Shown one piece after another: positions 26,846 through 36,378 of a stretch of DNA of 64,000 bases (position 1 is its first letter; every line of letters starts with the position of its first letter). The stretch is from a bacterium (GTDB lineage: Bacteria > Spirochaetota > Spirochaetia > Treponematales > UBA12059). The notes under the pieces were generated by a model. The model did no database searches and was not told the origin of the DNA. It was given only the letters and a program-made list of their open reading frames with translations. The stretch lies in NCBI GenBank assembly GCA_035530295.1, contig DATKVB010000011.1, positions 65,169 to 129,168 on the forward strand, written 5' to 3'. The translations under genes were made by a program, and so were the position numbers.

Positions 26846-27523
26846 GTGAAGAAGATTTTTGGTGTGCTCCTTGTCGTTACGGTCATTCTTGTGGCGGCTT
26901 CGTGTGTAAGCCAGCCGGCACCGAAGCCAGCCGGCCCGGCTCCAGCCGAGACCGTGCTTACCCCCGACGTGCTTGAGCACAAGGGCACGGCGCTGGGCGC
27001 CAGCGTTCCAGCATGGACCATGGCCTACATCGAGAATGGCCCGAGCGGCGTAGAGAAGTTGCCCGAGTACAAGGGCAAGTACGTAATCGTGCTTGATTCC
27101 GAAGGCCAGAGCAAGCAGGGCACCCTGACTGCCATGGACAACATGGATGCGCCGGTACAGATCGCCCGCTACCTGTCCACCCGAGTTCAGCAGAAGTTCG
27201 CAGGCGCCCAGGTTGGCGACCGTGACCAGCTGCAGGAATATTTCGAGAACGTCGTCAAGACGGTATCCGAGGCCAAGTTCTCCGGTTTCATGGCCGGACC
27301 GGATTGGTGGGTATATCTCCAGTACTACAAGCCAGGTGCCAAGTCAAAGTCAGAAGTTGATCGCCGCGTCTATCGCGTCATAAAGATCTACACGATCGAT
27401 CAGACCGTGCTCCAGACCCAGCTTAATAAGTACCTGAACGACGCCGAAGCCGCCGCGGCCAAGACGCCCGAGAAGCAGAGAGCCATAGACGCCGTGCAGA
27501 GCGCGTTCTACGAAGGGTTCTGA
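26846..27523 (+). CDS. hypothetical lipoprotein (LPP20-like?)
   Basis: GTG start behind AAGGAGG and lipobox 'VAASC'. The 'VPAW' motif and the size resemble LPP20-type lipoproteins (weak evidence). Confidence 0.5.
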   Translation: MKKIFGVLLVVTVILVAASCVSQPAPKPAGPAPAETVLTPDVLEHKGTALGASVPAWTMAYIENGPSGVEKLPEYKGKYVIVLDSEGQSKQGTLTAMDNMDAPVQIARYLSTRVQQKFAGAQVGDRDQLQEYFENVVKTVSEAKFSGFMAGPDWWVYLQYYKPGAKSKSEVDRRVYRVIKIYTIDQTVLQTQLNKYLNDAEAAAAKTPEKQRAIDAVQSAFYEGF

Positions 27524-27543
27524 TACCACCTCGCTGTGACCAC

Positions 27544-27578
27544 GCATCCTCGGCCCCCGTGGCCGGGGATGCCTTTTG
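27544..27578 (+). terminator. intrinsic terminator
   Basis: 12-bp stem GCATCCTCGGCC/GGCCGGGGATGC (one G-U), 5-nt loop, then CTTTT. Confidence 0.6.
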
Positions 27579-27691
27579 TCGCTCTGGCTACCAGGCCGGG
27601 CATTGCGGAAGCCGACCAGTCCGGTCCACATCCGGAATGCCCCGCTTTTGAGCGGTGATCATAAAAGTTGTCCGATCCCAGGAGGATCTCA

Positions 27692-29170
27692 ATGAGAAGC
27701 TATCGATTGTCAGCAGTGGCGATTCTTGTCCTTTTTGCTGTTGCCTCGTGCGTATCTACCCCGGCTCCGAGCAAGGCTCCGGAGTGGACATTGTCAACAC
27801 CGTCTCCTGATGCAACCTACACCTATTTCGTGTCATCGTCCTCTGATTCCAAAGGCGACACCGCGGTGGCCACCGAGGATGCCGCGAATGCGCTGATATC
27901 GCAGTTGATCAGGTATATGGGTGTCAAGGTGAGCGTCGAAACCTCTGGAGAAGCAAAGGGAACGCTGGACTCCTATAGCGCCGAAGTGACCAACGTCGTC
28001 AAGCAATCGGGCTCGGGCCGCGTGTCGGGCTTCACGGTCAAGGATCGCTACATCGTGCGGGATGGCTCCCTGGTAACGGTCTACATTCTGGCCCAGTATA
28101 CCACCGCCGACCTGAACAAGGAAAAGGCCCGCATAGCAGCCTTGTTCAAGGAGCAGGAGGACGCCGTCGCCAAGCCGGAGGCCGCTGGCGATGCGGCCAT
28201 TGCGGCCGGCAGGCTCTTTGACGCTATCAAGAACTACGTCGAGGCCGTCGCCGCCGCTTCAGGCTCAAATATCGACAATGCCGACATAAAGCTGGAACGC
28301 AACGCGAACAAGGCGCGCACGGTGCTTGGCAAGATAAGCTTCCTGCGTGTCGATGCTCCCGCCACGGCGGGCATAGGCAAAGCCTACGCCAAGCCATTCC
28401 AGGCACGGCTCACCTATGGCGAGGGAACATCCGCGACGGGTATTCCTGGCGCGGAGGTCTACGTGACATATCAGCGCCGGCAATCAACAGGTCGGGTCAT
28501 CACCAAGACCGAGCGTGTGCTGACCGACGAGAAGGGTGTAGCCACCTTCGCTCCGCCCCCGCCGGATTTCGTGGGCAAGGCAACATTGAGTTTCTCGCTC
28601 AACCTTGACTCGGCTCGCGACTTGCTGGACAAGGTTCCATCGAAGTTCGATGCATACCTGAGCGCCATCCAGGAAGACATGTCCAGGCGCTCCATATCGT
28701 TCGACTACGTCATTACTTCGGAAGCCCGCACCGTTCCAACAGGGGTCGTGGTGGTCGATCTCGGCGATGACGGCAAGCCGGCCACCACCTCGGTTGCCCA
28801 GGGTGCACTGTTCGAGACGCTGGCCAAGGAGAAGTTCAAGGCCGGCTTGGCTCCGCTCGACGCGGCCCTCGTCACATCGATGACCGATGCGGCGATACTC
28901 AAGTCGGCAAAAGCCCAATATGGTTCGGGTCTGGCCAGGTTGATATACGGCGTAGCGCGCATAGACCAAGCCGTCAAGGATGGCTCGATGTGGCAGGCAA
29001 CCGCCCGCATGACGGTTCGATGCGTGGAGTTCGCGACGGGCAACATTCTGTACAGTGCCGAGAAGACCAGCATTGCGGTTGCGTCAGACGAGGCTACCGC
29101 TCGAAGGTCGGCGATGCTGCAGGTAGCCAGGGAGAGCGTGGCAAAGGATCTGATGGCCAACCTCCCATAA
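27692..29170 (+). CDS. hypothetical lipoprotein with N-terminal LPP20-like domain
   Basis: AGGAGG RBS and lipobox 'AVASC'. 'APEWTLSTP...DTAVATEDAANALISQLIRYMGVKV...VSGFTVKDRYI' resembles LPP20/FlgP-type domains. Confidence 0.55.
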   Translation: MRSYRLSAVAILVLFAVASCVSTPAPSKAPEWTLSTPSPDATYTYFVSSSSDSKGDTAVATEDAANALISQLIRYMGVKVSVETSGEAKGTLDSYSAEVTNVVKQSGSGRVSGFTVKDRYIVRDGSLVTVYILAQYTTADLNKEKARIAALFKEQEDAVAKPEAAGDAAIAAGRLFDAIKNYVEAVAAASGSNIDNADIKLERNANKARTVLGKISFLRVDAPATAGIGKAYAKPFQARLTYGEGTSATGIPGAEVYVTYQRRQSTGRVITKTERVLTDEKGVATFAPPPPDFVGKATLSFSLNLDSARDLLDKVPSKFDAYLSAIQEDMSRRSISFDYVITSEARTVPTGVVVVDLGDDGKPATTSVAQGALFETLAKEKFKAGLAPLDAALVTSMTDAAILKSAKAQYGSGLARLIYGVARIDQAVKDGSMWQATARMTVRCVEFATGNILYSAEKTSIAVASDEATARRSAMLQVARESVAKDLMANLP

Positions 29171-29193
29171 GGCAGAGGGGACCATCCGTCGAA

Positions 29194-29227
29194 GGCGCTG
29201 CCCCACAACGGGGTAGCGCCTTTTTTT
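29194..29227 (+). terminator. intrinsic terminator between convergent genes
   Basis: 11-bp stem GGCGCTGCCCC/GGGGTAGCGCC (one G-U), 5-nt loop, then T7. Confidence 0.7.
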
Positions 29228-30819
29228 CAAGACGCCTTGGGCGACATTGCCTTGCGCAGGCAGGTCTCAAGATAGAATCGCGAGGCCCCATCGTCGTGAA
29301 CACTTTCCAGCGCGCGTTTGAAGTAGAAGACGCCTTGCGAATAATCCTTCTGATAGTAGGCAAGCATACCCTGCTCGAAGAACGTGTTTGACCTCATCTT
29401 GCGCTCGAAAAGCTCCTCCGGCAGCCCGTCAAAAATCTCGAAGGCCGAGACAGGCGCATCCTTGCCCTTGACGCGAACCTTGCCAATGAAGCGGTACTTG
29501 TATTTGCCAGGGTCCTCCAATTGCATGAAGGTTTGTTCACTGATGACCAGAGGAATATTGAACGCCTTCGCAATCTGCTGCAGTCGCGAAGACAGGTTGA
29601 CGGCATCGGATATGACGGTGCCCTCCATTCGATCGACGACCCCGACCACGCCAAGCATCAGCTGGCCGGTATGGATGCCTATGCCCATCGATATTGGCCT
29701 GTATCCCATATTGGCGCGATGTCCGTTGTATTCCAGTATCTTGCCCTGCATCTCGACAGCGCTCGCGACCGCCTGATCGGCGCCGCTCTGTTCCGCAAAC
29801 AGGGCCATGATGCCATCGCCCATGTACTTGTCTACAAATCCACCATGCTCATTGATGACCGGTACCACTCGTGAAAGGTAGGAGTTTATGAATGCGAAGC
29901 TCTGCTCCGGCGTCAGCTGTTCCGAAAGCTCGGTAAATGAGCGGATATCAGAGAAGAAGATGGTCATCTCCTTCTTGACGTGATCGCCAAGCTTCAGGTC
30001 GAAGAAATCTGCCTTCTGCAGGTGCTGCAGGAATTCTGTGGGGATGAAGCAATGCATTGATGTGGTCATGCGCGCCGCATAGTCGTCCAGGGCGGTATCC
30101 TCGGGAGCCGGCTTCGCGAGTTCCACCATCGAGGCAAGCAATATCGCGGCCCCCATCAAGGCATCGGCCGCGGAAAGCGCCGATGGGAGATAGGTGGCAA
30201 AGCCTGCGGCGACATCACTGCCCAGCAGCCGCGCTGCCGCCAGACTGGCCGTTGCCGCCCACAGCAACGCCCAGGGCACAGCGCCGCCGACAAGGCGTGA
30301 CGCGGCAGGCGCGGTCCTGGCAGCCATCGCAAAGTAGATCACGGACGATACCGCGTGCAGAGCCAGAACCATCATGGCGCCGGCCTCGATCAGCGATGAC
30401 CATTCCGGCCGCAACACCAGCGCTGCCAGCCCCGACGCGGCTACGAGCCCGCCAACAGCCCAGGAAGTGATGCGCCACGGAGCGCCGGAAAGCCCTTCGC
30501 AGGCGATATCCGTGACCAGCATCAAGAGGACGCGTACCACGCCTATCAGAATCAGCGTTACTGGCACAGGAGGCAGTCCAGCTACTGCGCCGATGTATGG
30601 CGCGGCGTATGCAAGACCAGCAGCCGCGTAATACCAGGCTGCCGTCCGGTATACCGGAGTCAGCTTCCTGTAAAAAGCCAGCGCGACCGCGAAGGCAACG
30701 AGGGCAACCCAGAAGGACAGCAATCCCAGAGGTATGCTGCTCGTGGAGCCAACAAACAATGGCTCTACACTTTTGATTATCATGGTACAATCATAGTCTC
30801 GGTGCGGTGACTTTTCCAT
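29227..30819 (-). CDS. membrane-anchored class III adenylate/guanylate cyclase
   Basis: About 6 N-terminal TM helices, then 'TIFFSDIRSFTELSE', 'KYMGDGIMALF', 'IGIHTGQLMLGVVG' and 'SDAVNLSSRLQ'. The start could instead be Met13 (30783). Confidence 0.85.
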   Translation of the reverse strand: MEKSPHRDYDCTMIIKSVEPLFVGSTSSIPLGLLSFWVALVAFAVALAFYRKLTPVYRTAAWYYAAAGLAYAAPYIGAVAGLPPVPVTLILIGVVRVLLMLVTDIACEGLSGAPWRITSWAVGGLVAASGLAALVLRPEWSSLIEAGAMMVLALHAVSSVIYFAMAARTAPAASRLVGGAVPWALLWAATASLAAARLLGSDVAAGFATYLPSALSAADALMGAAILLASMVELAKPAPEDTALDDYAARMTTSMHCFIPTEFLQHLQKADFFDLKLGDHVKKEMTIFFSDIRSFTELSEQLTPEQSFAFINSYLSRVVPVINEHGGFVDKYMGDGIMALFAEQSGADQAVASAVEMQGKILEYNGHRANMGYRPISMGIGIHTGQLMLGVVGVVDRMEGTVISDAVNLSSRLQQIAKAFNIPLVISEQTFMQLEDPGKYKYRFIGKVRVKGKDAPVSAFEIFDGLPEELFERKMRSNTFFEQGMLAYYQKDYSQGVFYFKRALESVHDDGASRFYLETCLRKAMSPKAS

Positions 30820-30926
30820 ACCCGAAAACGGGTTGGGGCAATTGACTCTTTCTTATCGATTTGATAACGTAACGGTGCTTATATATCGATATTTATATAC
30901 CCGTAATCTGCAAAGGGGGATGCGAG

Positions 30927-31406
30927 ATGCCAGTCGCTCAGATCGAGTTCACCAGCGAACTCCAGAGTTTTATACGCGAATGGAAGGACAAGCCTGGAAG
31001 CTTGATCATGATACTTCATCGCGTACAACAGGAGTTCAGCTACATCCCGCGGGAGGCCGCGGAACGGCTCGCACGGGACCTGCACATGCCATTGGCCAAG
31101 ATATATGGCGTGGTCACGTTCTACCACTACTTCAAGACGACAAAGCCAGGAAAACATCGCATGGCGATATGCCTCGGTACGGCCTGCTATCTCAAGGGCG
31201 GCCAGATGCTCGTCGAGGAAGCGGAGAGCATCCTGGGCATCTCAGGAGCCACAGTCACCGATGACGGATTGTTCTCCATCGATGAGGTGCGCTGCGTGGG
31301 CTGCTGCGGCTTGGCTCCCGTGTTGATGGTCGGGGACGAGGTATACGGCAAAGTCACCAAGGAACAGGTTCCCGAGATAATCGCAAAGTATAAAAACATC
31401 GGCTAG
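30927..31406 (+). CDS. hydC: [FeFe]-hydrogenase NuoE-like [2Fe-2S] subunit
   Basis: 'CLGTACYLKGG...CVGCCGLAP' thioredoxin-like 2Fe-2S motif. First gene of the operon. Confidence 0.85.
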   Translation: MPVAQIEFTSELQSFIREWKDKPGSLIMILHRVQQEFSYIPREAAERLARDLHMPLAKIYGVVTFYHYFKTTKPGKHRMAICLGTACYLKGGQMLVEEAESILGISGATVTDDGLFSIDEVRCVGCCGLAPVLMVGDEVYGKVTKEQVPEIIAKYKNIG

Positions 31407-31410
31407 CGTC

Positions 31411-31995
31411 ATGCACTTTGCCATCTGCGATTTTCTGCTCGACTTGGTACAGAACTCCATCGAAGCGGGCGCCAGCGATATTTCGCTGACTATCGTCGAG
31501 GAGCCGGGATGGATTTCGGCGGAAGTCACTGATAATGGCAAGGGAATGGACGCCGAGGAACTGAAACGCGCCAAGGATCCGTTCTACACGGACGGGCGCA
31601 AACACGCGGGGCGAACCGTTGGTCTGGGTATACCGTTTCTGCTCCAGTCGCTGGAACAGGCTGGCGGAACATACCACGTTACATCGAGCCGAGGAGTGGG
31701 GACGGGCTTTGCGTTCCAGTTTCCGGCCGACGGGATGGATACGCCACCCATGGGCGACGTGCCTGGCCTGATCGTTTCGGCATGGTGTTTTGATGGGCCG
31801 TATGAACTGACGGTTACGCGGAAGGCGCCGGATCGTGGCGTTGCATATGCAATCAAACGCTCCGAGATGATCGGGGCGGTCGGTGACCTGACAGACGCGG
31901 GAGCGCTTCTGCTGGCCCGCGAATTTCTGGCCTCGAATGAGGCCACCTCGAAAGAGAAAACCTCGAAAGAGGGGCTCCCGGACGAGACCCTGTAA
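31411..31995 (+). CDS. GHKL/histidine-kinase-like ATPase domain protein (no HisKA domain)
   Basis: N-box 'QNSIEAGA', G1 'DNGKGM' and G2 'GLGIPF'. No H-box or TM segment was seen. Confidence 0.75.
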   Translation: MHFAICDFLLDLVQNSIEAGASDISLTIVEEPGWISAEVTDNGKGMDAEELKRAKDPFYTDGRKHAGRTVGLGIPFLLQSLEQAGGTYHVTSSRGVGTGFAFQFPADGMDTPPMGDVPGLIVSAWCFDGPYELTVTRKAPDRGVAYAIKRSEMIGAVGDLTDAGALLLAREFLASNEATSKEKTSKEGLPDETL

Positions 31996-32009
31996 CGAAA
32001 GGAACCAAC

Positions 32010-32405
32010 ATGGCAAAGATGACTCTTGAACAGCTGCGCACCCTCCGTGAGGAGAAGAAGGGCGAGATGGTCAGGCGGGATGTAGAAGGCAAAAATATAC
32101 AGATCATAGTCGGTATGGGCACGTGCGGCATCGCAGCTGGCGCCAAGCAGACATTCGACGAGATAATCAAGGCCGTGGATGAAAGCGGCATGACCGCCGA
32201 TGTCATCATCCGTCAGACCGGATGCATGGGATTATGCTATGTGGAGCCCACCGTCGAGATCGTGATGCCAGGCATGCCCGCAACGATCTACGGCAAGGTA
32301 GACGCCACTGTGGCCCGCGAACTCGTAAAGAAGCATGTCGTCGGCAAGACGCTTGTTGAAAATCACATCTACGATCGACCAGCGGTCGATATCGTCAAGA
32401 AGTAA
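32010..32405 (+). CDS. thioredoxin-like [2Fe-2S] ferredoxin
   Basis: 'GMGTCGIAAGA' and 'GCMGLCYVEP'. Confidence 0.75.
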   Translation: MAKMTLEQLRTLREEKKGEMVRRDVEGKNIQIIVGMGTCGIAAGAKQTFDEIIKAVDESGMTADVIIRQTGCMGLCYVEPTVEIVMPGMPATIYGKVDATVARELVKKHVVGKTLVENHIYDRPAVDIVKK

Positions 32406-32421
32406 GGCGAGGACCAGAACC

Positions 32422-34209
32422 ATGGCATACAAGCACTTTATTTTGGTTTGCGGTGGCACCGGATGTGAATCCAGCAGGTCGGACGAGATCTACAAGGAAC
32501 TTCAGGCCAACGCCGAGGCGATGGGCGTCAAGGACGAGGTGCAGATAGTCAAGACGGGCTGTTTCGGCTTCTGCGAAAAGGGACCGATAGTCAAGGTCCT
32601 GCCATCGGAATCGTTCTATGTCGAAGTCAAGCCGGAAGACGCCAAGGAAATAATAGCGGAGCAGATTATCAAGGGCCGCGAGATCAAGCGCCTGCTGTAC
32701 AAGGACGAACGCCAGAAGGATCGCATCAAGGTAGAAGACATACAGTTCTACCAGAAGCAGTTCCGCATCGTTCTACGCAACTGCGGCATCATCAATCCCG
32801 AGAACATCGACGAGTACATAGCGCGCGATGGCTACGCGGCCCTGGAGAAGGTTCTGACATCGATGACGCCCGAAGACGTGGTAGCAGAACTGAAGACTTC
32901 CGGACTACGCGGCCGTGGCGGCGCCGGATTCCCGACCTGGCGCAAATGGGAATTTTCCAAAGGCGTCAAGGCGGACCAGAAATATGTGGTGTGCAACGCC
33001 GACGAGGGCGATCCTGGCGCCTACATGGACAGGTCGACAATCGAGGGCGACCCGCACTCCGTGATCGAGGCGATGACGATTTGCGGTTACACCGTCGGCG
33101 CCAGCAAGGGCTTCGTGTACATCCGCGCCGAGTACCCCTTGGCCATCGAGCGCCTCAAGATAGGCATAGAGCAGGCGCATGCCTACGGCCTGCTAGGCGA
33201 CAAGATACTGGGCACGGATTTCTCCTTTGATATCGAGATACGGCTTGGAGCCGGCGCCTTCGTATGTGGCGAGGAGACGGCACTGTTGCAGTCAATCGAG
33301 GGCAACCGCGGCATGCCGGTTCCCAGGCCTCCATTCCCCGCTATCAAGGGCCTCTGGGGCAAGCCGACGGTCATAAACAACGTGGAAACCTGGGCCAGCA
33401 TCCCCGTGATCATAACCAAGGGAGCCGAGTGGTTTGCCAAGATCGGCACCGAGACAAGCAAGGGCACCAAGGTATTTGCTCTGACCGGCAAGATCAACAA
33501 CTCAGGTCTGGTCGAAGTGCCGATGGGCACGACGCTCCGCGAGATAATCTTTGACATAGGCGGCGGCATCAAGGGCGGCAAGAAATTCAAGGGAGCCCAG
33601 ACCGGCGGACCGTCCGGCGGCATCATCACCGAAGAATTCCTCGATGTGCCGATAGACTATGAGAGTCTGACAGCGCTTGGCTCGATGATGGGCTCAGGCG
33701 GTCTGATCGTCATGGACGAAGATGATTGCGTCGTCGACGTTTCACGGTTCTACATGGAGTTCTGCGTCGATGAATCGTGCGGCAAATGCTCGCCGTGCCG
33801 CATCGGCACCAACCAGATGCACTCCATCCTGGTCAAGATTACCAAGGGCCAAGGCACGCTCGAAGACCTGGAAAAGCTCGAGAAGATCGGGCTTGCGATG
33901 AAAAAAGCTTCACTCTGTGGACTCGGCCAGACCGCTCCGAATCCCACGCTGGCGACGATCAAGCGCTTCCGGGAAGAGTACCTGGAGCACATCACCGACA
34001 GAAAATGCCGGGCAGGCAAATGCAAGGACCTGGTTGTCTTCAGCATCGACAAGAACAAGTGCATCGGATGCAGTCTGTGTGCGCGAAAATGTCCGGTCAA
34101 CTGCATTTCGGGTGACAAGACGCAGAAGTTCACCATCAATGCTTCTGCCTGCATCAAGTGCGGCGAGTGCTTCAACGTCTGCAAGTTCGGCGCCGTCAAC
34201 AAGAAATAA
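32422..34209 (+). CDS. hydB: [FeFe]-hydrogenase NuoF-like flavoprotein subunit
   Basis: 'LVCGGTGCES', 'GRGGAGFPTWRKW', 'ESCGKCSPCR' and two C-terminal CxxCxxCxxxCP motifs. ATG at 32422. Confidence 0.9.
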   Translation: MAYKHFILVCGGTGCESSRSDEIYKELQANAEAMGVKDEVQIVKTGCFGFCEKGPIVKVLPSESFYVEVKPEDAKEIIAEQIIKGREIKRLLYKDERQKDRIKVEDIQFYQKQFRIVLRNCGIINPENIDEYIARDGYAALEKVLTSMTPEDVVAELKTSGLRGRGGAGFPTWRKWEFSKGVKADQKYVVCNADEGDPGAYMDRSTIEGDPHSVIEAMTICGYTVGASKGFVYIRAEYPLAIERLKIGIEQAHAYGLLGDKILGTDFSFDIEIRLGAGAFVCGEETALLQSIEGNRGMPVPRPPFPAIKGLWGKPTVINNVETWASIPVIITKGAEWFAKIGTETSKGTKVFALTGKINNSGLVEVPMGTTLREIIFDIGGGIKGGKKFKGAQTGGPSGGIITEEFLDVPIDYESLTALGSMMGSGGLIVMDEDDCVVDVSRFYMEFCVDESCGKCSPCRIGTNQMHSILVKITKGQGTLEDLEKLEKIGLAMKKASLCGLGQTAPNPTLATIKRFREEYLEHITDRKCRAGKCKDLVVFSIDKNKCIGCSLCARKCPVNCISGDKTQKFTINASACIKCGECFNVCKFGAVNKK

Positions 34210-34226
34210 GTGAAGGAGTAGGCCGT

Positions 34227-35996
34227 ATGGTCAACGCTACGATCAACAATATTCCCGTTCAGGTGGCCGAAGGTACGACAATCCTCAGCGCCGCTGAAAA
34301 GGTAAACGTCAAGATACCAAAGCTCTGCTACAACGATGACCTGCCGCCGTGGGCGGCGTGCGGCATCTGCATCGTGAAGGTGGAGAAGAACCCCAAGATG
34401 CTGCGTGCGTGCTCGACACCGATCGAGGAAGGCATGCATGTCATTACGCACGACCCCGAAATCGTGCAGGTGCGCAAGACCGTCATCGAGCTGATTCTTT
34501 CGACGCATCCGGACGATTGCCTGCAATGCCCGCGCTCAGGCTCATGCGAATTGCAGACCCTGGCCGCCGAGTTCGGCATCCGTGAGCAGCCGTTCGAGAA
34601 GCGTCTGCGCGATCTCCCCGTGGACAACTCCACGGGGTCACTGATACTGAATCCGGAGAAGTGCATCCGTTGCGGGCGCTGCGTGCAGGTCTGCCAGCAG
34701 ATGCAGAATGTCTGGGCCATCGAGTTCCTGGGACGCGGCGAAAGCACGCGCATAGCGCCTGCCGCTGACGTGTCGCTCGCCGACGGTCCATGCATCAAGT
34801 GCGGCCAGTGTTCGGCACACTGCCCTGTCGGCGCGATATACGAACACGATCAGACCAGACAGGTCTGGGACGCCTTGATGAAATCGGGCGACGACGCCAA
34901 GACTTGCGTTGTGCAGATTGCCCCAGCGGTCCGCGTGGCGCTTGGCGAAGAATTCGGCCTGAAACCGGGCACTGTCATCACCAAGAAGATATACACGGCT
35001 CTGCGCCGGCTTGGCTTTGATGTCGTATTCGACACCAGCTTCTCCGCCGACCTCACCATAATCGAGGAAGGCACCGAGTTCGTGAAACGCTTCATGGACT
35101 TTGCCGCTGGCAAGAACAAGAACCTCCTGCCCCAGATTACTTCGTGCTGCCCGGCCTGGGTCGACTACATGGAAAAGTACTACGATGACATGATTCCTCA
35201 CTTCTCCACCGCAAAGAGCCCCCAGCAGATGATGGGCGCGATGATCAAGACGTATTGGGCGGGTCAGGCCAAGGTCGATCCCAAGAAGATATTCTCGGTC
35301 TCGATAATGCCATGCACCGCCAAGAAGTGCGAAAACCATCGCAACGAGGACATGTACTCCTCCGGCCAGCAGGATGTCGATGTGACCCTGACGACACGGG
35401 AACTGGCCAGGATGATAAAGCAGGCCGGCATCGACCTGGTAAACCTGCCCGACGAGGAAGCCGACAGTCCGATGGGGCCATACGCTGGCGCCGGCGTCAT
35501 ATTCGGCGCCACCGGCGGCGTGATGGAGGCGGCGCTCCGCTCCGCCTACTACCTGATCACCAATGAAGACCTGAAGGACGTCACCTTCACCGGTGTGCGC
35601 GGCATCTCCGGCATAAAGGAGGCGCGCGTACATATCAAGGGGACGGAAGTCCGCGTCGCGGTCGCCCACCAGATGGGCAACATAGCGACGGTGCTCGAAG
35701 AGGTCCGCAAGGCCAAGCTCGAGGGCAAGGATCCGCCCTGGCACTTCATAGAGGTCATGGCGTGCAGGGGTGGCTGCATAGGCGGCGGCGGTCAGCCATA
35801 CGGCGCGACGGACTCCGTGCGCCAGCAGCGCATGGCCGGACTCTATAGCGATGACGAGCACAGCACGTATCGCACATCGCACCACAACCCGTACATCACC
35901 GCGATATACAAGGACTTCCTTGGCGAACCGAACGGTCACAAGGCCCATCAGCTCTTGCACACCAAGTACAGAAAACTGGAGCTGTACAATAAGTGA
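34227..35996 (+). CDS. hydA: [FeFe]-hydrogenase catalytic subunit
   Basis: N-terminal Fe-S domains and H-cluster signatures 'TSCCPAW', 'MPCTAKK' and 'EVMACRGGCIGGGGQP'. GAAGGAG RBS precedes ATG 34227. Confidence 0.92.
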   Translation: MVNATINNIPVQVAEGTTILSAAEKVNVKIPKLCYNDDLPPWAACGICIVKVEKNPKMLRACSTPIEEGMHVITHDPEIVQVRKTVIELILSTHPDDCLQCPRSGSCELQTLAAEFGIREQPFEKRLRDLPVDNSTGSLILNPEKCIRCGRCVQVCQQMQNVWAIEFLGRGESTRIAPAADVSLADGPCIKCGQCSAHCPVGAIYEHDQTRQVWDALMKSGDDAKTCVVQIAPAVRVALGEEFGLKPGTVITKKIYTALRRLGFDVVFDTSFSADLTIIEEGTEFVKRFMDFAAGKNKNLLPQITSCCPAWVDYMEKYYDDMIPHFSTAKSPQQMMGAMIKTYWAGQAKVDPKKIFSVSIMPCTAKKCENHRNEDMYSSGQQDVDVTLTTRELARMIKQAGIDLVNLPDEEADSPMGPYAGAGVIFGATGGVMEAALRSAYYLITNEDLKDVTFTGVRGISGIKEARVHIKGTEVRVAVAHQMGNIATVLEEVRKAKLEGKDPPWHFIEVMACRGGCIGGGGQPYGATDSVRQQRMAGLYSDDEHSTYRTSHHNPYITAIYKDFLGEPNGHKAHQLLHTKYRKLELYNK

Positions 35997-36130
35997 GTCG
36001 TCCATTCGAGTCGACATATTCCGGCGTGGCCGGAATATGCGGCTCAATGGCCTTGCCTCCTGTCAAGAGCACTCTTCTTTGCCTTTATATGAGCGATTAG
36101 CTATATTGAATAGTGCACAAGGAGGCATGT

Positions 36131-36340
36131 ATGCCAAAGAATATGGGTACCGTCGACAGGGTCATCAGGATCGTGCTGGCCATCGTCGTGGTCGTGCTCT
36201 TTACCGCAGGTCAGCTGAGTGGAGTTGCAGCCATTATCCTGGGAATTCTGGCCGTGGTCTTTGTCCTGACCAGCGTCGTGGGAACCTGCCCTCTGTACCT
36301 GCCGTTCAAGATCGACACACACGGCAAGAAAAAGAGCTGA
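36131..36340 (+). CDS. DUF2892 (YgaP-like) small membrane protein
   Basis: 'GTVDRVIRIVLA', two TM helices and 'GTCPLY'. AAGGAGG RBS. Confidence 0.75.
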   Translation: MPKNMGTVDRVIRIVLAIVVVVLFTAGQLSGVAAIILGILAVVFVLTSVVGTCPLYLPFKIDTHGKKKS

Positions 36341-36378
36341 GTTCAGGCGCGAAAGACAGAACGCATAGACGCTATGAG

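Noticed and set aside
34638-36047. 469-aa minus-strand ORF
   Set aside because: It is antisense to hydA, which has unambiguous H-cluster motifs. It is Arg/Ala/His-rich, as expected for a shadow ORF in GC-rich DNA.
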